DNA of 64,000 nucleotides from Patescibacteria group bacterium (GTDB lineage Bacteria; Patescibacteriota; Patescibacteriia; SG8-24; DYFX01): NCBI GenBank assembly GCA_041659045.1, contig JBAZZB010000001.1, positions 454,111 through 518,110 on the forward strand, read 5' to 3'. The translations under genes and the position numbers were made by a program. Below the pieces are notes generated by a model, which was not told the DNA's origin, did no database searches, and saw nothing but the letters and a program-made list of their open reading frames with translations. Numbering within the stretch: position 1 is the stretch's first letter; each line of letters begins with the position of its first letter. Below are positions 37,782 to 47,561 of the stretch, one piece after another.

Positions 37782-40235
37782 TTAGATAAACCTCAAGCGT
37801 TCGCGAATTTCCGCCTCGACAATCTCACGGTCGCGTCCGTATTTGAGACGCGAGAGCTGCTTGATGGCGGCTGTGATCTTCGTATCGCCTTTTGACAGGC
37901 CAGCCATTGCCATGTTGAAGGGGCGACTTGCCGTGTTGTCGATCAGAATTTTCGCATTGGCCGTATACGCTTCAACGTTCACGAGATCGAACGGTGTGAA
38001 GACCGGTGCAAATTCCTTGCCCAAAAATTCTGCGTCCTCAGTGCCGATACGGAAGGCGACCATCGTACCGACGTTACCAAAGATGGCGTCGCGAATCGTG
38101 GTGTCGCCTTTGGCCGAAATCTGCCCGATATATTGGTGCGCGATAATCAGATCAAGGCCGTACTTACGAGCCTCCGAGAGAATCGTCGCAATCGAGTCGG
38201 TAATAAAGTTCTGGAACTCGTCGATGTAGAGGTAGAAGTCTTTGCGATCCTTGGCGTCCATGTCCGTGCGCGAGAGTGCCGCCATCAAGATCTTGCCGAC
38301 CAAGACCATACCGATCAGGTACGCGTTGATGTCGCCGAGTTTGCCCTTGGAAAGATCGAGCAAGAGAATCTTGCCTTCATCCATCGCTTGGCGAACGTTG
38401 AACGCGCTCTTCTGCTGGCCGATGATCGGGCGAACAATGTCGTTGGTGATGAACGGTGTGAGCTTCGAAGTGATGTACGGCACCATGTTGGCGAGCGACG
38501 CTTCACCGCCGGCCTTCGACGCTTCCTTCAACCAGAAATCTTTCACGACTTGCGTCTTGCATTTCGACAACTTGTAAGCGCGGAAGCGTTCGTCGGAGAG
38601 CACACGCGGAATTTCCATCAAGGTCGAACCGGAAGCCGGATCGTCCATGACAAGAATCATGGCGTTGCGCATATACTGCTCGAACATCGGCCCACCCGTC
38701 GATTTAAGATCGTAGAGCTTGTCGAAAATCTTCAGCATCTCGTTGATGACGAAGGTTTTCTGTTCCGGATATTTTTCGTCGTACTCCAGCAAATTGAGAC
38801 CCATCGGCCGCTCGGTATCGGCCGGCGAGAAATAGATCACATCATCAGCGCGATTCTTCGGCACAAACGACAACGCATCCTGCGCAAAATCTCCGTGCGG
38901 ATCGATCACGCAAACACCTTTGCCAGCTTCAATGTCCTGCTTGACCATCGCCTTCATCATCTCGCTCTTACCAGAACCAGACTTACCGATGATGTACATG
39001 TGGCGACGGCGATCCCCCTGCTTGATGCGTACCGGATGCTCTTGGCCGCGGTACTTCACAACACCCAGAAGAATCCCCTCTTTCGGCAGGTTGGACGGTG
39101 GCGGTGCCTTGCGAGCCGTCAGCCAGCGAATGTTGGGTGTTTCGGTCGAGCTGAGCGGCAGATGCCAGAGACTCGCAAGCTCGTCAGGCGTCAGCACCAT
39201 GCGTCGCTTGTCGTGAAAGATACGCAAAATGAAGTCGCTGACGATGCGGCTTTTTCCTTCGCTGACGCGCTTAAACGCGTTACCGTACTGCGGACTCGAA
39301 AACTGGTTGAACGCACCAATCAAGTTTCCAAGCACGAGTTCGGCGCGTCCTGGCGTCGGCGATGAGGCAACCAAATTCACGTTGGTGTCGAGTCCGAGCT
39401 GGCCGACTTTTTCTTCGATCGACTTCACCATCTGCTCCTCAAGCGGCGACAAACGATATTCTTTGGCTTTTTCACCCGTCTTTTCCTCCTGCGTACCGTG
39501 CTTGATGAGACCTGATCCCTTACGCGCCTGGTCGTACGAGCGGCCTTGCTGCATAAGCGAAGCGATCTTCACCCCCTTCTCACGCCACGTTTTTTTCGCC
39601 GAACGCACAAGAATTTGGATTGCAGCACCATCACCAGTTTCGACTTTCGCGAGCGCATTCGTCAGCGCGTTCAGCGGATCGGTTTCAAGTTTTTTGTAGG
39701 TATGAAGTGGGAAGAAGTTTTCGCGCCCAAACACGAGGTGCGCGCTTGCGATTGTCCCCTTCGGTTGAAACACATTATAGTCGGAAACTTCCTCGATTTG
39801 CGCCAAAGGGTATTGCGCGTGGACTTGCTGTTCGACAAATTCACGAAAACGCTTTGGTGCCGAAATGTAAAACGAAACAAGACCACCTGTCGCCACGATT
39901 TCAAAAGCAATGACATCTCCGCGTCCTGCGAGCCACGCGCGGAGACCCCGCTCTGCCTTCAGGCCGCCAACACTTTTGAAAACACCTTCCGCCACAGCGA
40001 TGATGCCCTGAATTTCCTGGAGCGATTTGTCGTGCTGGCCGCCGTCTTTTTCACCGGATTCTTTCGGCACGGTTATGAGCATGACGACGTTGTCGAAACC
40101 ACGCGCGATTTCAGCTCTGGCCGTCAGGATGCGGCGCACGATTCTGAGCACGATCAAAAACACGAACAGCCCGACCACAAAAGGAACGGCGGGCATGACA
40201 AGCGATACAAGATCGGGAAACTGAAACGGGTTCAT
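37782..40235 (-). CDS. TraD/VirD4-like (type IV coupling/HerA-FtsK family) membrane ATPase
   Basis: N-terminal TM, DRRRHMYIIGKSGSGKS (Walker A), IDPHGD, YIDEFQ (Walker B), SEARKY, AHQ. Confidence 0.9.
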   Translation of the reverse strand: MNPFQFPDLVSLVMPAVPFVVGLFVFLIVLRIVRRILTARAEIARGFDNVVMLITVPKESGEKDGGQHDKSLQEIQGIIAVAEGVFKSVGGLKAERGLRAWLAGRGDVIAFEIVATGGLVSFYISAPKRFREFVEQQVHAQYPLAQIEEVSDYNVFQPKGTIASAHLVFGRENFFPLHTYKKLETDPLNALTNALAKVETGDGAAIQILVRSAKKTWREKGVKIASLMQQGRSYDQARKGSGLIKHGTQEEKTGEKAKEYRLSPLEEQMVKSIEEKVGQLGLDTNVNLVASSPTPGRAELVLGNLIGAFNQFSSPQYGNAFKRVSEGKSRIVSDFILRIFHDKRRMVLTPDELASLWHLPLSSTETPNIRWLTARKAPPPSNLPKEGILLGVVKYRGQEHPVRIKQGDRRRHMYIIGKSGSGKSEMMKAMVKQDIEAGKGVCVIDPHGDFAQDALSFVPKNRADDVIYFSPADTERPMGLNLLEYDEKYPEQKTFVINEMLKIFDKLYDLKSTGGPMFEQYMRNAMILVMDDPASGSTLMEIPRVLSDERFRAYKLSKCKTQVVKDFWLKEASKAGGEASLANMVPYITSKLTPFITNDIVRPIIGQQKSAFNVRQAMDEGKILLLDLSKGKLGDINAYLIGMVLVGKILMAALSRTDMDAKDRKDFYLYIDEFQNFITDSIATILSEARKYGLDLIIAHQYIGQISAKGDTTIRDAIFGNVGTMVAFRIGTEDAEFLGKEFAPVFTPFDLVNVEAYTANAKILIDNTASRPFNMAMAGLSKGDTKITAAIKQLSRLKYGRDREIVEAEIRERLRFI

Positions 40236-40684
40236 AGTTTCAAGATCTTATCGGTTTTGATCTTGGCTTCTTGCGTCAGAAAAAAATGATTGACGCCCGG
40301 GATCAACTTCAGCCAGGTGGCGATAAGTTTGAGCACCACACGGGCGTTCACCTTGGCGGTACGCACCATCGTGACGATGAGTGTCGTAATACGTTCGCCC
40401 TCCTTACGAAACTTGGCCTGCAGCTCCGGTGTCATCTTATGAAAGGCATCACCGAGGTCTTCTTCGAGAATACTTTCGACCGCGCGCACGGCGGGATCTT
40501 TCGGAACAGCTACCACCGGCGCCGCGACCGTCGGTACGTCTGGCATGACAGGAACTGGCTCCGGAGGTTGCTCAACAACTGGTGTTGGAGACTCAAACGA
40601 AGCCCCTGTCTCAGGAACTTCGTTGCGTTGCTCCGGAGTGGCCGGAACCTCTTCAAAACCGGGCGTTGTCCCTCCTGGCGGCAT
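40232..40684 (-). CDS. Conserved hypothetical protein coupled to the TraD-like ATPase
   Basis: Pro/Glu-rich N-terminus, then ILEEDL...WLKLIPGVN.FFL.QEAKIKTD; ATGA overlap with the ATPase. Confidence 0.75.
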   Translation of the reverse strand: MPPGGTTPGFEEVPATPEQRNEVPETGASFESPTPVVEQPPEPVPVMPDVPTVAAPVVAVPKDPAVRAVESILEEDLGDAFHKMTPELQAKFRKEGERITTLIVTMVRTAKVNARVVLKLIATWLKLIPGVNHFFLTQEAKIKTDKILKL

Positions 40685-40726
40685 AGGCGTTGACTTCTCA
40701 AGTATAGCATACCTATACTGGCTCTG

Positions 40727-41356
40727 GTGCGTCGCAAAAACCCTTTACCGGGAACGGAGCGCATGTCTTTGTCAAAAGCGAGCGGAGATATCCCAGATCT
40801 CAAGAAACAGCGTTCACGGAAGAACGCGATTCCAAAGGCCCTGGAGAAGCCTCGTCGCCAGCCACGATCCGTCGAGCTGCCAGCCGTTGTTGTTCGCGTG
40901 AAGCAGTTCGCCGAAGCTGTCGCGCTGATCAACATCCCCCGATCCGACACCGGGGCGGATCTCGTCCTCTACATGATCGGCGCGCACCCAGATGTCGCCG
41001 CGCTGACGACCGATGGCGCCTACGTGAACTTCGGCGACATCGTGAGTATCGAGAAGCCGAGCTGCGAAGCTATCCTGATCGAGGAAGCCAAGAAAGCGGC
41101 TCCGAAACCACCAGGTACGAACGCCTGGATCCCCGTCCGACACGCCGCGCGTATGAAGCGCGAGACGGACGGCACGATCACGGATATTTTGATCCAAATC
41201 TGCAACATCCCTGACTCCGAAGGCGGTCGCGAGCTGCTCCAGGAAATCTTCAGGGAGTACAGCTCGCGAGACGTGTACGAGTACACGCTCTACACTTCGG
41301 AACGGGACGTCGTTCCGGTGTGGTCGTTGGCTGACGCCAATGGTCACAAGCGCTAG
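40727..41356 (+). CDS. Hypothetical protein
   Basis: 209-aa ORF filling the gap, with a GC3-rich codon pattern and a downstream hairpin; start uncertain. Confidence 0.6.
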   Translation: MRRKNPLPGTERMSLSKASGDIPDLKKQRSRKNAIPKALEKPRRQPRSVELPAVVVRVKQFAEAVALINIPRSDTGADLVLYMIGAHPDVAALTTDGAYVNFGDIVSIEKPSCEAILIEEAKKAAPKPPGTNAWIPVRHAARMKRETDGTITDILIQICNIPDSEGGRELLQEIFREYSSRDVYEYTLYTSERDVVPVWSLADANGHKR

Positions 41357-41389
41357 CCGTTTCCCGACATTCTGTCGGGATTTTCTTTT

Positions 41390-42763
41390 CTACGCTTTCT
41401 TCAATTTCTGACCTTGTGGGGTATCTTCGACGATCCAGCCCTTCGTAGCGATTTCATCACGAAGGCGGTCTGAGGCTGCCCAATCTTTGTTGGTACGTGC
41501 GTTGATGCGGTCATCTGCTAACGTTTGCACGTCTTCCGGAACTTCCGTCACCCTCATTTCAAAAAGTTTGAGTCCAAAGACAGTGTCAAAAGCGCGCATG
41601 AACGATGCCCCTTCTTTTTGATCAACGTTGCCCTTGTTGGCTTCGGTCATAAAGGCGTGAACAAGAGCCAGAACCGCAGAAACGTTCATATCATCGTCCA
41701 TTGCCTCCTCAAGACGCGTTTCGTACGTTCCTTTCACCCGTTCGGAATCAACAAAAAGTTCCGCTACAGAGCGCATCTGCGCGAGCGTGCGTTCCGCCGC
41801 TTTCAAACCGTCCATCGTGAAGTTGAATTGCGTACGGTAGTGGGAAGACAGGAGCAAGAATCGTACGGCTTCCGCCGAAAAGCCTTTAGCCGTCAGATCG
41901 GCGAGTGTATACGTATTCCCCTTCGATTTCGACATCTTTTCGCCTTCAACCAACAAGAACGACACGTGCAGCCAGTGCTTTGAGAACGGAGCGTGGTTGG
42001 CGCTTTCCGATTGGGCAATTTCGCACTCGTTGTGCGGGAATTTCAAATCTTCGCCACCAACATGGAGGCTCAGCGTATCGCCCAAATACTCCTTCGCCAT
42101 CGCTGAGCACTCAAGGTGCCAGCCGGGGTAGCCTTGGATGCCACGCGGGCCTTTCCATTGCATGACATGGTTCGGATTCTGAATCCACAGTGCGAAGTCA
42201 GCCGGATGTTTTTTGTCGTCTTTCACTTCGACGCGCGCGCCAGCAACAAGATCTTCGACGGAGTTGCCAGAAAGTTTTCCGTAGTTCTTGAACGAAGCGA
42301 CGTCAAAATACACGTCTCCTTTTTCCGTGATGTAGGCGTGCTCTTCATCGAGAAGTTTTTCGACCAAGGCCACCATCTGCGGAATGTGTTCCGTGGCGCG
42401 CGGATGCTTCCACGCGCGTTTGAAGCCAAGGGCGTCCATGTCACGGAAAAACACTTCTTCATAGAAGCGCGCGATTTCTTCCGGTGTCTTGCCTTCTTTG
42501 GCCGCGGCGGCCGTCATCTTATCTTCGCCGGTGTCGGCATCGTTCAGCATGTGGCCGACGTCAGTGATATTCATCACGAGTCTCACTTCGCGTCCTCGAT
42601 ATTCCAAATAACGACGGAGGAGATCGGTCGTCAAAAACGTGCGGAGGTTTCCAATCGAAGCGTAGTGATAGACCGTCGGCCCGCAGGCGTAGATCGTCAC
42701 GGGCTCGGTTCCTTGCCCCGGGAATTCCTTCAATTGCTTGGTCAGCGAGTCGTACAACTGCAT
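41390..42763 (-). CDS. cysS: Cysteine--tRNA ligase
   Basis: CGPTVY, SIGN (HIGH-like), MNITDVGH, DFALW, PGWHLECSAM, FPHNECE, KMSKS. Confidence 0.97.
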   Translation of the reverse strand: MQLYDSLTKQLKEFPGQGTEPVTIYACGPTVYHYASIGNLRTFLTTDLLRRYLEYRGREVRLVMNITDVGHMLNDADTGEDKMTAAAAKEGKTPEEIARFYEEVFFRDMDALGFKRAWKHPRATEHIPQMVALVEKLLDEEHAYITEKGDVYFDVASFKNYGKLSGNSVEDLVAGARVEVKDDKKHPADFALWIQNPNHVMQWKGPRGIQGYPGWHLECSAMAKEYLGDTLSLHVGGEDLKFPHNECEIAQSESANHAPFSKHWLHVSFLLVEGEKMSKSKGNTYTLADLTAKGFSAEAVRFLLLSSHYRTQFNFTMDGLKAAERTLAQMRSVAELFVDSERVKGTYETRLEEAMDDDMNVSAVLALVHAFMTEANKGNVDQKEGASFMRAFDTVFGLKLFEMRVTEVPEDVQTLADDRINARTNKDWAASDRLRDEIATKGWIVEDTPQGQKLKKA

Positions 42764-42807
42764 AGTTGTGCTATACTATCATCAACTTAGTCCTATCACA
42801 ATTCCGT

Positions 42808-43362
42808 ATGGACATGAAGAAAGCGGCGCTTGCCGTCGTCGGCCTAGCCGTTGGTTTCGTGGCCGGGTACGGGACGGGTCGCGTCTCGACAGGCACGCCG
42901 ATCAATCCCCTTTCCGGAACGAAAGGGAGCTACGAAGAAGGGTACGCCGCTGCCGTAAAAGTGGCGACGGAATCAGGAGTTTTTCCTCCCCTTCCGACAG
43001 AGCTTTCCGTCTTGAGCGGCAAAATCGTTTCTGCCGACAAGACCTCGATCGTGTTTGATGCTGATCTTATCGCACAGAACCCGCTCCTGAAACTTGAAGG
43101 CCCGACGCGACGCACGATCCTTCTCGGCACGGATACCAAGATCGTCCGCATCGAAGAGAAGAATTCAGAGGAACTCGCCGCGGCTCAAGACGCGTTTGCG
43201 AAAGCAATGGCTACGGGCGAACCCGTGCCGCCGCCATCCCCTGTCAAACAGGTTCCGTACACGGAGCCGCTCAAAGCTGGTGACATGATCATGGTCGAGG
43301 CTGCCACCAACATCCTGCAGTCCACATCGTTCAGCGCTACGCTCATCACCGTTCTGCCGTAA
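42808..43362 (+). CDS. Membrane-anchored hypothetical protein
   Basis: N-terminal TM; followed by a terminator. Confidence 0.7.
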   Translation: MDMKKAALAVVGLAVGFVAGYGTGRVSTGTPINPLSGTKGSYEEGYAAAVKVATESGVFPPLPTELSVLSGKIVSADKTSIVFDADLIAQNPLLKLEGPTRRTILLGTDTKIVRIEEKNSEELAAAQDAFAKAMATGEPVPPPSPVKQVPYTEPLKAGDMIMVEAATNILQSTSFSATLITVLP

Positions 43363-43364
43363 CG

Positions 43365-43394
43365 AAAAACCCCGGAAATATTCCGGGGTTTTTT
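43365..43394. terminator. Bidirectional intrinsic terminator
   Basis: AAAAACCCCGGAA-ATA-TTCCGGGGTTTTT. Confidence 0.8.
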
Positions 43395-43444
43395 AAAATC
43401 AAAAAAACAAGGTGGTGAGCCTTGTCGTCCTTGAGCTCGGTCGC

Positions 43445-43963
43445 CTAGGGCGTGCCGAACTCGTGGACATCGGAGCAGATGTGCCCCGGTACCGGGTACT
43501 CGAGGGCGTTCTTGACGAGCTGGCCGGTGACGCGCGTGGCGCCGTCGTTACTGGTCTCGAACCGGCCGAACAGTTCCACGTAGAAGCGACCGTTGGCGTC
43601 GGTGGCATCCTTCCAGACGCGGAAGCTGCCGTCGTCGCGCACGCCCGACTTCTCGAACACGTAGGTGTGCGTGCCGCGGAAGTCGACGTAGACCGCCGTG
43701 AACGTGTACAGGCGCAGGGGCGCGGAAGCCTCCCGCACGACGTCGATGTGGACCTCGGAGCCACTGCTGGTGACGACCTGCCCGGAACCATCCTGGCAGC
43801 TCTGGGTGAAGCGCCAGGCCTCGGCTGCGTAGCTGCCGACCGGATCGGAATCACCCGTCCAGACCTCCTGATCCGTCGGCGTCGCGCCACCGGACTCCTG
43901 GTTGGTGCCGAAGCACGCGCCGATGAGCAGACACACCGAGAGACAAAGAGCGAACTTGAACAT
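43445..43963 (-). CDS. Orphan lipoprotein
   Basis: GAGGAGG SD; MFKFALCLSVCLLIGAC lipobox. Confidence 0.65.
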   Translation of the reverse strand: MFKFALCLSVCLLIGACFGTNQESGGATPTDQEVWTGDSDPVGSYAAEAWRFTQSCQDGSGQVVTSSGSEVHIDVVREASAPLRLYTFTAVYVDFRGTHTYVFEKSGVRDDGSFRVWKDATDANGRFYVELFGRFETSNDGATRVTGQLVKNALEYPVPGHICSDVHEFGTP

Positions 43964-44029
43964 GGGATCCTCCTCTTGTGGTGCGAAGAATCTACCATAA
44001 AAAACCGTTTCTGTCAAGATGTGAACAAC

Positions 44030-44063
44030 AAAAAAACACCCCGGAAAACCGGGGTGTTTTTTT
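44030..44063 (-). terminator. Intrinsic terminator
   Basis: AAAAAAACACCCCGG-AAAA-CCGGGGTGTTTTTTT. Confidence 0.8.
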
Positions 44064-44065
44064 GA

Positions 44066-47000
44066 TCATTTTTTGATCAGGTCTTTGAGTTCCTGAAGTT
44101 CCTGACGGAGCTCATCGATCTCTTTCTCCTGCTCGCGCAACTCGCTATCAAGCTCCTTGATGGCGTTGATGCTGATGTAGGTGAAATCGCTCGGATCAAC
44201 CATGTAGATAGCCGTCTTACTGGTATCCGTAGGATTCAGCTTGCGATAATCGGTCCTAACCATGGACGGCGCGATTTTTTGCAACTCCTGCGCGATCACA
44301 CCGACACCCTTATGACCCGCGGGCATTTCACCCAAGCCATTATAGGTGTAGTTCACCGGATTAACCTCGCGAATAACCGAGAGGCCACTGGTGTATGGCG
44401 TAACATCTTTTTTCACGCGACGATCAGACGTCGCCGTCCAGCTGCCGCCACCAGGTTTTGCCGCGCCACCCGAACTGACGTACACACCCCAAGACGTACT
44501 GCCTCCAGAAGCGTGCGCATACACGGCCGTGTTCAACGCCGTGCCGCTCATGGCGTAAAATACGCCGCCGTAGTTTGTAGAGTTAGAGGAGCTCGTCGAT
44601 AAGCCATAGACGCCGTAGTTACCGTACGCAAGATAGACGTTTGATCCTTCAGACTGGTGCGTGAAGTGAGCGCCCGCAATACCTGCAACAGTACTACCTT
44701 CAACACCGTAGGAGTTTGTTCCTTGTCCGTAGATACCTGTCGTACTACCCGTTCCGTACACACCATAGATCGTACCTGTCGATTGAATACCCCAGCCACC
44801 AATCGGCGAAGCGCCGTTGACGCCAAGACTGTTGGTGATTGTCACGCGACCCTGCGCGTAGAGAGCCGTATCAAACGACTGGAAGGCCTGTGCATAGACA
44901 GCTGTGCTACCCGCCGTATTTGCGCCGAAGTAACCACCATACGAGCTACCGGAAGCATTCACACCGATTGAACCGCCGCTTCCCGCAAGCGCCGTACCAC
45001 CAGCGTTCACGACTGCAGCCACGCCAGCGACGGTACCGCGTACCGAAAGCGCCGTATCAAACGAGGAAAAGCCGAGACCTGTGTTGCTAATACCAACATA
45101 GTTGTTGATTTGGCGACCGCGCGCGGCGACAGTATCAAGCGTGTCCACTTCAGCGCCACAATCAACCCATACGCTGTTTTCAAAGCAGCGAAGCTTGTTG
45201 TTGACCGAGTTGTAGTACAGCATGCCGTTCACGCCAGCCGGGTTCGAGCCCATGCTGCCGAGAACGAGTTCGCCACTCACCGTCGTACGGTCAGTCGTCG
45301 CGTTACCAAGCGTCGAGTTGTCAGCAACCCAGAACGTTCCGCCGACCGTCAACGTCGAACCGGGACCGGCGATACCAACGCCTACGCGGTTGTTGGCCGC
45401 ATCGATATACAGGGTGTTCGCGTCAAAGTTCAGGCTGTTCGGCGTCGTGATCGCCGTTCCGGTAATCGTCAGTGTGTCGGCAGCCGCGTTTCCAATCGTC
45501 GTGTTGCCGTTAATCGCGAGGTTCTGCGCAGCAATGACCGTCACACCGTCATCGGTCAATGTCGAGTTTCCGATTGATGAGGCGGTTGTAAACTTCGGAA
45601 TCGCGTTGACAGTACCGCTACCAGTCAGACCAGAAGGAATGCAGTCCCTCCAAGCACCGTTTTCATAGCAGCGGAACTTGTTTGTCGTCGTATTGTAGAA
45701 CATGCGTCCGTTCGTACCTCCAATATCGACTGCGGACAAACCAAGAATCAGCGAAGTACCGTTGCCAATTGTGGCTCCACCAGAGAACGAGGCCGTACCA
45801 GCGACGTGCAACGACGTGAAGTCGCCACCCCAACCCGTGCTCGAACTTCCATAGACACCGGTACCATTGCTGGTGGAGTGTCCGTACACGCCGTAGACGG
45901 GGGAAATACCGTACACGCCCGTGCTCACGCCACTACCCATGATACCCGTCGAACCAGGACCCGAAGCAATGGATGTTATCGCTGTATTGCCGTTGCCGGA
46001 ATTATTAACGGTGATCGTAGGCACCGAAACAGAGTTCGCAGTAAGGACACCGTATACGCGCATGGCGTAGGCCGGGTCCGGGGCGCCGCCAACACCAATC
46101 GTGGCGCCGTCATCCCAAATATTGGAGTTACCAACCGTGTTTCCGTCGGAAGTGAACTTAACAAGTCGGTTGAGCTCACCCACGCCAGCGACGCTTGGCG
46201 GGCAGTTCGTACCGTTCGCGACACAAACCAACTGACCACCTACGGACATCGTACCGGCCGCAACGACGTTACCGTCAGCATCGACGCTGAAGCGGTCAAC
46301 CGACTCAGCCTGCAAAAGGAGAATCTTTCCCGCGGCGAATTGGTCGACGTTACCGTAGATCAGGTTTTCTGCCGGGTTGGTCAGACGGACATCCGGACTA
46401 CCGAACATCGCCATTCCAGCGACATCCACCGTCCCCGCCTCGTCAACGGACAAAACGGTTTCGTTAAGGCCGTTTATCCAGTAGTAGGCGTTTGAGGAGT
46501 TGTCGTTGGTGTCGATGCGGTAGTAGACGGATCCGTCTGTGTAGAGATTGAACGCGTTCTCGCCCGTACCGTAGAGCTCGATACCGCCCACTTGGTTCGC
46601 GAGCGTCATTACGGTTCCACCAAGCGTGTTGTTGAAGGCCGTGGTCGTACTGAACGTCTTGGCTCCGGTAAACGTTTGCGTGTTGTTCAAAAGCGCGACG
46701 TTTGAAGAAAGACGCGCGTCATTCAATGTACCAGTCGTAATGCTGTTCGCGTTGATGTTGCCGACCACAACGCCGTCGATTCCGCCCTGCACGTGGAGCC
46801 TGCCGGGAATGACAATACTGTTCGTAGAAGAAACCGTCATCGAGCTGATGCCGTTCGTGACAAGGTTCATCGTATCGGCCGCACTGCGGTAGATACCCGT
46901 GTTGCTGTCACCGTTGAAGGTAAGCGCCGGGATTGCCGCCGAACCAACCGGAATGAACATCGAACCCGTTTGCAAACCCGCACCGCCGTTGTTGACGATG

Positions 47001-47500
47001 AATCGTTGCACACCACCAGTTGTGATACCAACGTTGTCAGTACCGACCCAATACATACCCGTATTGCTGTCGCCATTGAACGTGTACGACGGAACGGCAG
47101 CAGAGCCGACGGAACCCGAGAGAACACCTTGCGTCGTCAGGTCGCCGGACAGGCCGATCCGGAAACGATCAGCAGCACCCAGTTGGAGCAACAACAAACT
47201 GCCCGCGCTGGAAGTCGCGCCGACATTGCCGTACAGCAAATTCTGACCGGCCGAGTTCAAGACCGGTGTGCTGGCGCCTGCCTGGAAGGTTGCGCCGACT
47301 TTCGCGTCGCCCGTGACGTTGATGCTCGCGTTCTGTGCCGGGCTCGCGATCGGGATGTTCTGAATGACGGCCGGACTGCAGTTTGGAGGCGTACAGGTCG
47401 GGGCGGCGAATTGCGCGTGAGCGGCGCGCGCGCCAAAAGCCAAAGCGACAAAGGCTACGAGCGAAACGAAAATCTTGCGGTCGGTCGTGGCGATGCGCAT
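44066..47500 (-). CDS. Secreted tail-fibre-like trimeric beta protein with a C-terminal intramolecular chaperone (Peptidase S74)
   Basis: Signal peptide (AHA/Q); repeats (P..TFNGDSNTG.Y x2, GxMxYN...NK.RC.EN..W.DC x2, GVYG); WTATSDRRVKKD...GVIAQE plus a coiled coil. Confidence 0.85.
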   Translation of the reverse strand: MRIATTDRKIFVSLVAFVALAFGARAAHAQFAAPTCTPPNCSPAVIQNIPIASPAQNASINVTGDAKVGATFQAGASTPVLNSAGQNLLYGNVGATSSAGSLLLLQLGAADRFRIGLSGDLTTQGVLSGSVGSAAVPSYTFNGDSNTGMYWVGTDNVGITTGGVQRFIVNNGGAGLQTGSMFIPVGSAAIPALTFNGDSNTGIYRSAADTMNLVTNGISSMTVSSTNSIVIPGRLHVQGGIDGVVVGNINANSITTGTLNDARLSSNVALLNNTQTFTGAKTFSTTTAFNNTLGGTVMTLANQVGGIELYGTGENAFNLYTDGSVYYRIDTNDNSSNAYYWINGLNETVLSVDEAGTVDVAGMAMFGSPDVRLTNPAENLIYGNVDQFAAGKILLLQAESVDRFSVDADGNVVAAGTMSVGGQLVCVANGTNCPPSVAGVGELNRLVKFTSDGNTVGNSNIWDDGATIGVGGAPDPAYAMRVYGVLTANSVSVPTITVNNSGNGNTAITSIASGPGSTGIMGSGVSTGVYGISPVYGVYGHSTSNGTGVYGSSSTGWGGDFTSLHVAGTASFSGGATIGNGTSLILGLSAVDIGGTNGRMFYNTTTNKFRCYENGAWRDCIPSGLTGSGTVNAIPKFTTASSIGNSTLTDDGVTVIAAQNLAINGNTTIGNAAADTLTITGTAITTPNSLNFDANTLYIDAANNRVGVGIAGPGSTLTVGGTFWVADNSTLGNATTDRTTVSGELVLGSMGSNPAGVNGMLYYNSVNNKLRCFENSVWVDCGAEVDTLDTVAARGRQINNYVGISNTGLGFSSFDTALSVRGTVAGVAAVVNAGGTALAGSGGSIGVNASGSSYGGYFGANTAGSTAVYAQAFQSFDTALYAQGRVTITNSLGVNGASPIGGWGIQSTGTIYGVYGTGSTTGIYGQGTNSYGVEGSTVAGIAGAHFTHQSEGSNVYLAYGNYGVYGLSTSSSNSTNYGGVFYAMSGTALNTAVYAHASGGSTSWGVYVSSGGAAKPGGGSWTATSDRRVKKDVTPYTSGLSVIREVNPVNYTYNGLGEMPAGHKGVGVIAQELQKIAPSMVRTDYRKLNPTDTSKTAIYMVDPSDFTYISINAIKELDSELREQEKEIDELRQELQELKDLIKK

Positions 47501-47561
47501 AAGGCGTAATGGTTGATGAGACCAGTATACCTTTTCCGCTTGCATTCCCCATTGGGGATAA

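Noticed and set aside
37782-40235. Conjugative element or ICE implied by the TraD-like gene
   Set aside because: No relaxase, integrase, VirB4 or att sites in the window; flanked by housekeeping genes.
43412-44065. 217-aa plus-strand ORF overlapping the orphan lipoprotein
   Set aside because: The minus-strand ORF has an SD and a lipobox; the plus-strand ORF crosses a terminator.
44066-47500. Prophage implied by the tail-fibre-like gene
   Set aside because: No capsid, terminase, portal or integrase nearby, and the protein has a signal peptide.
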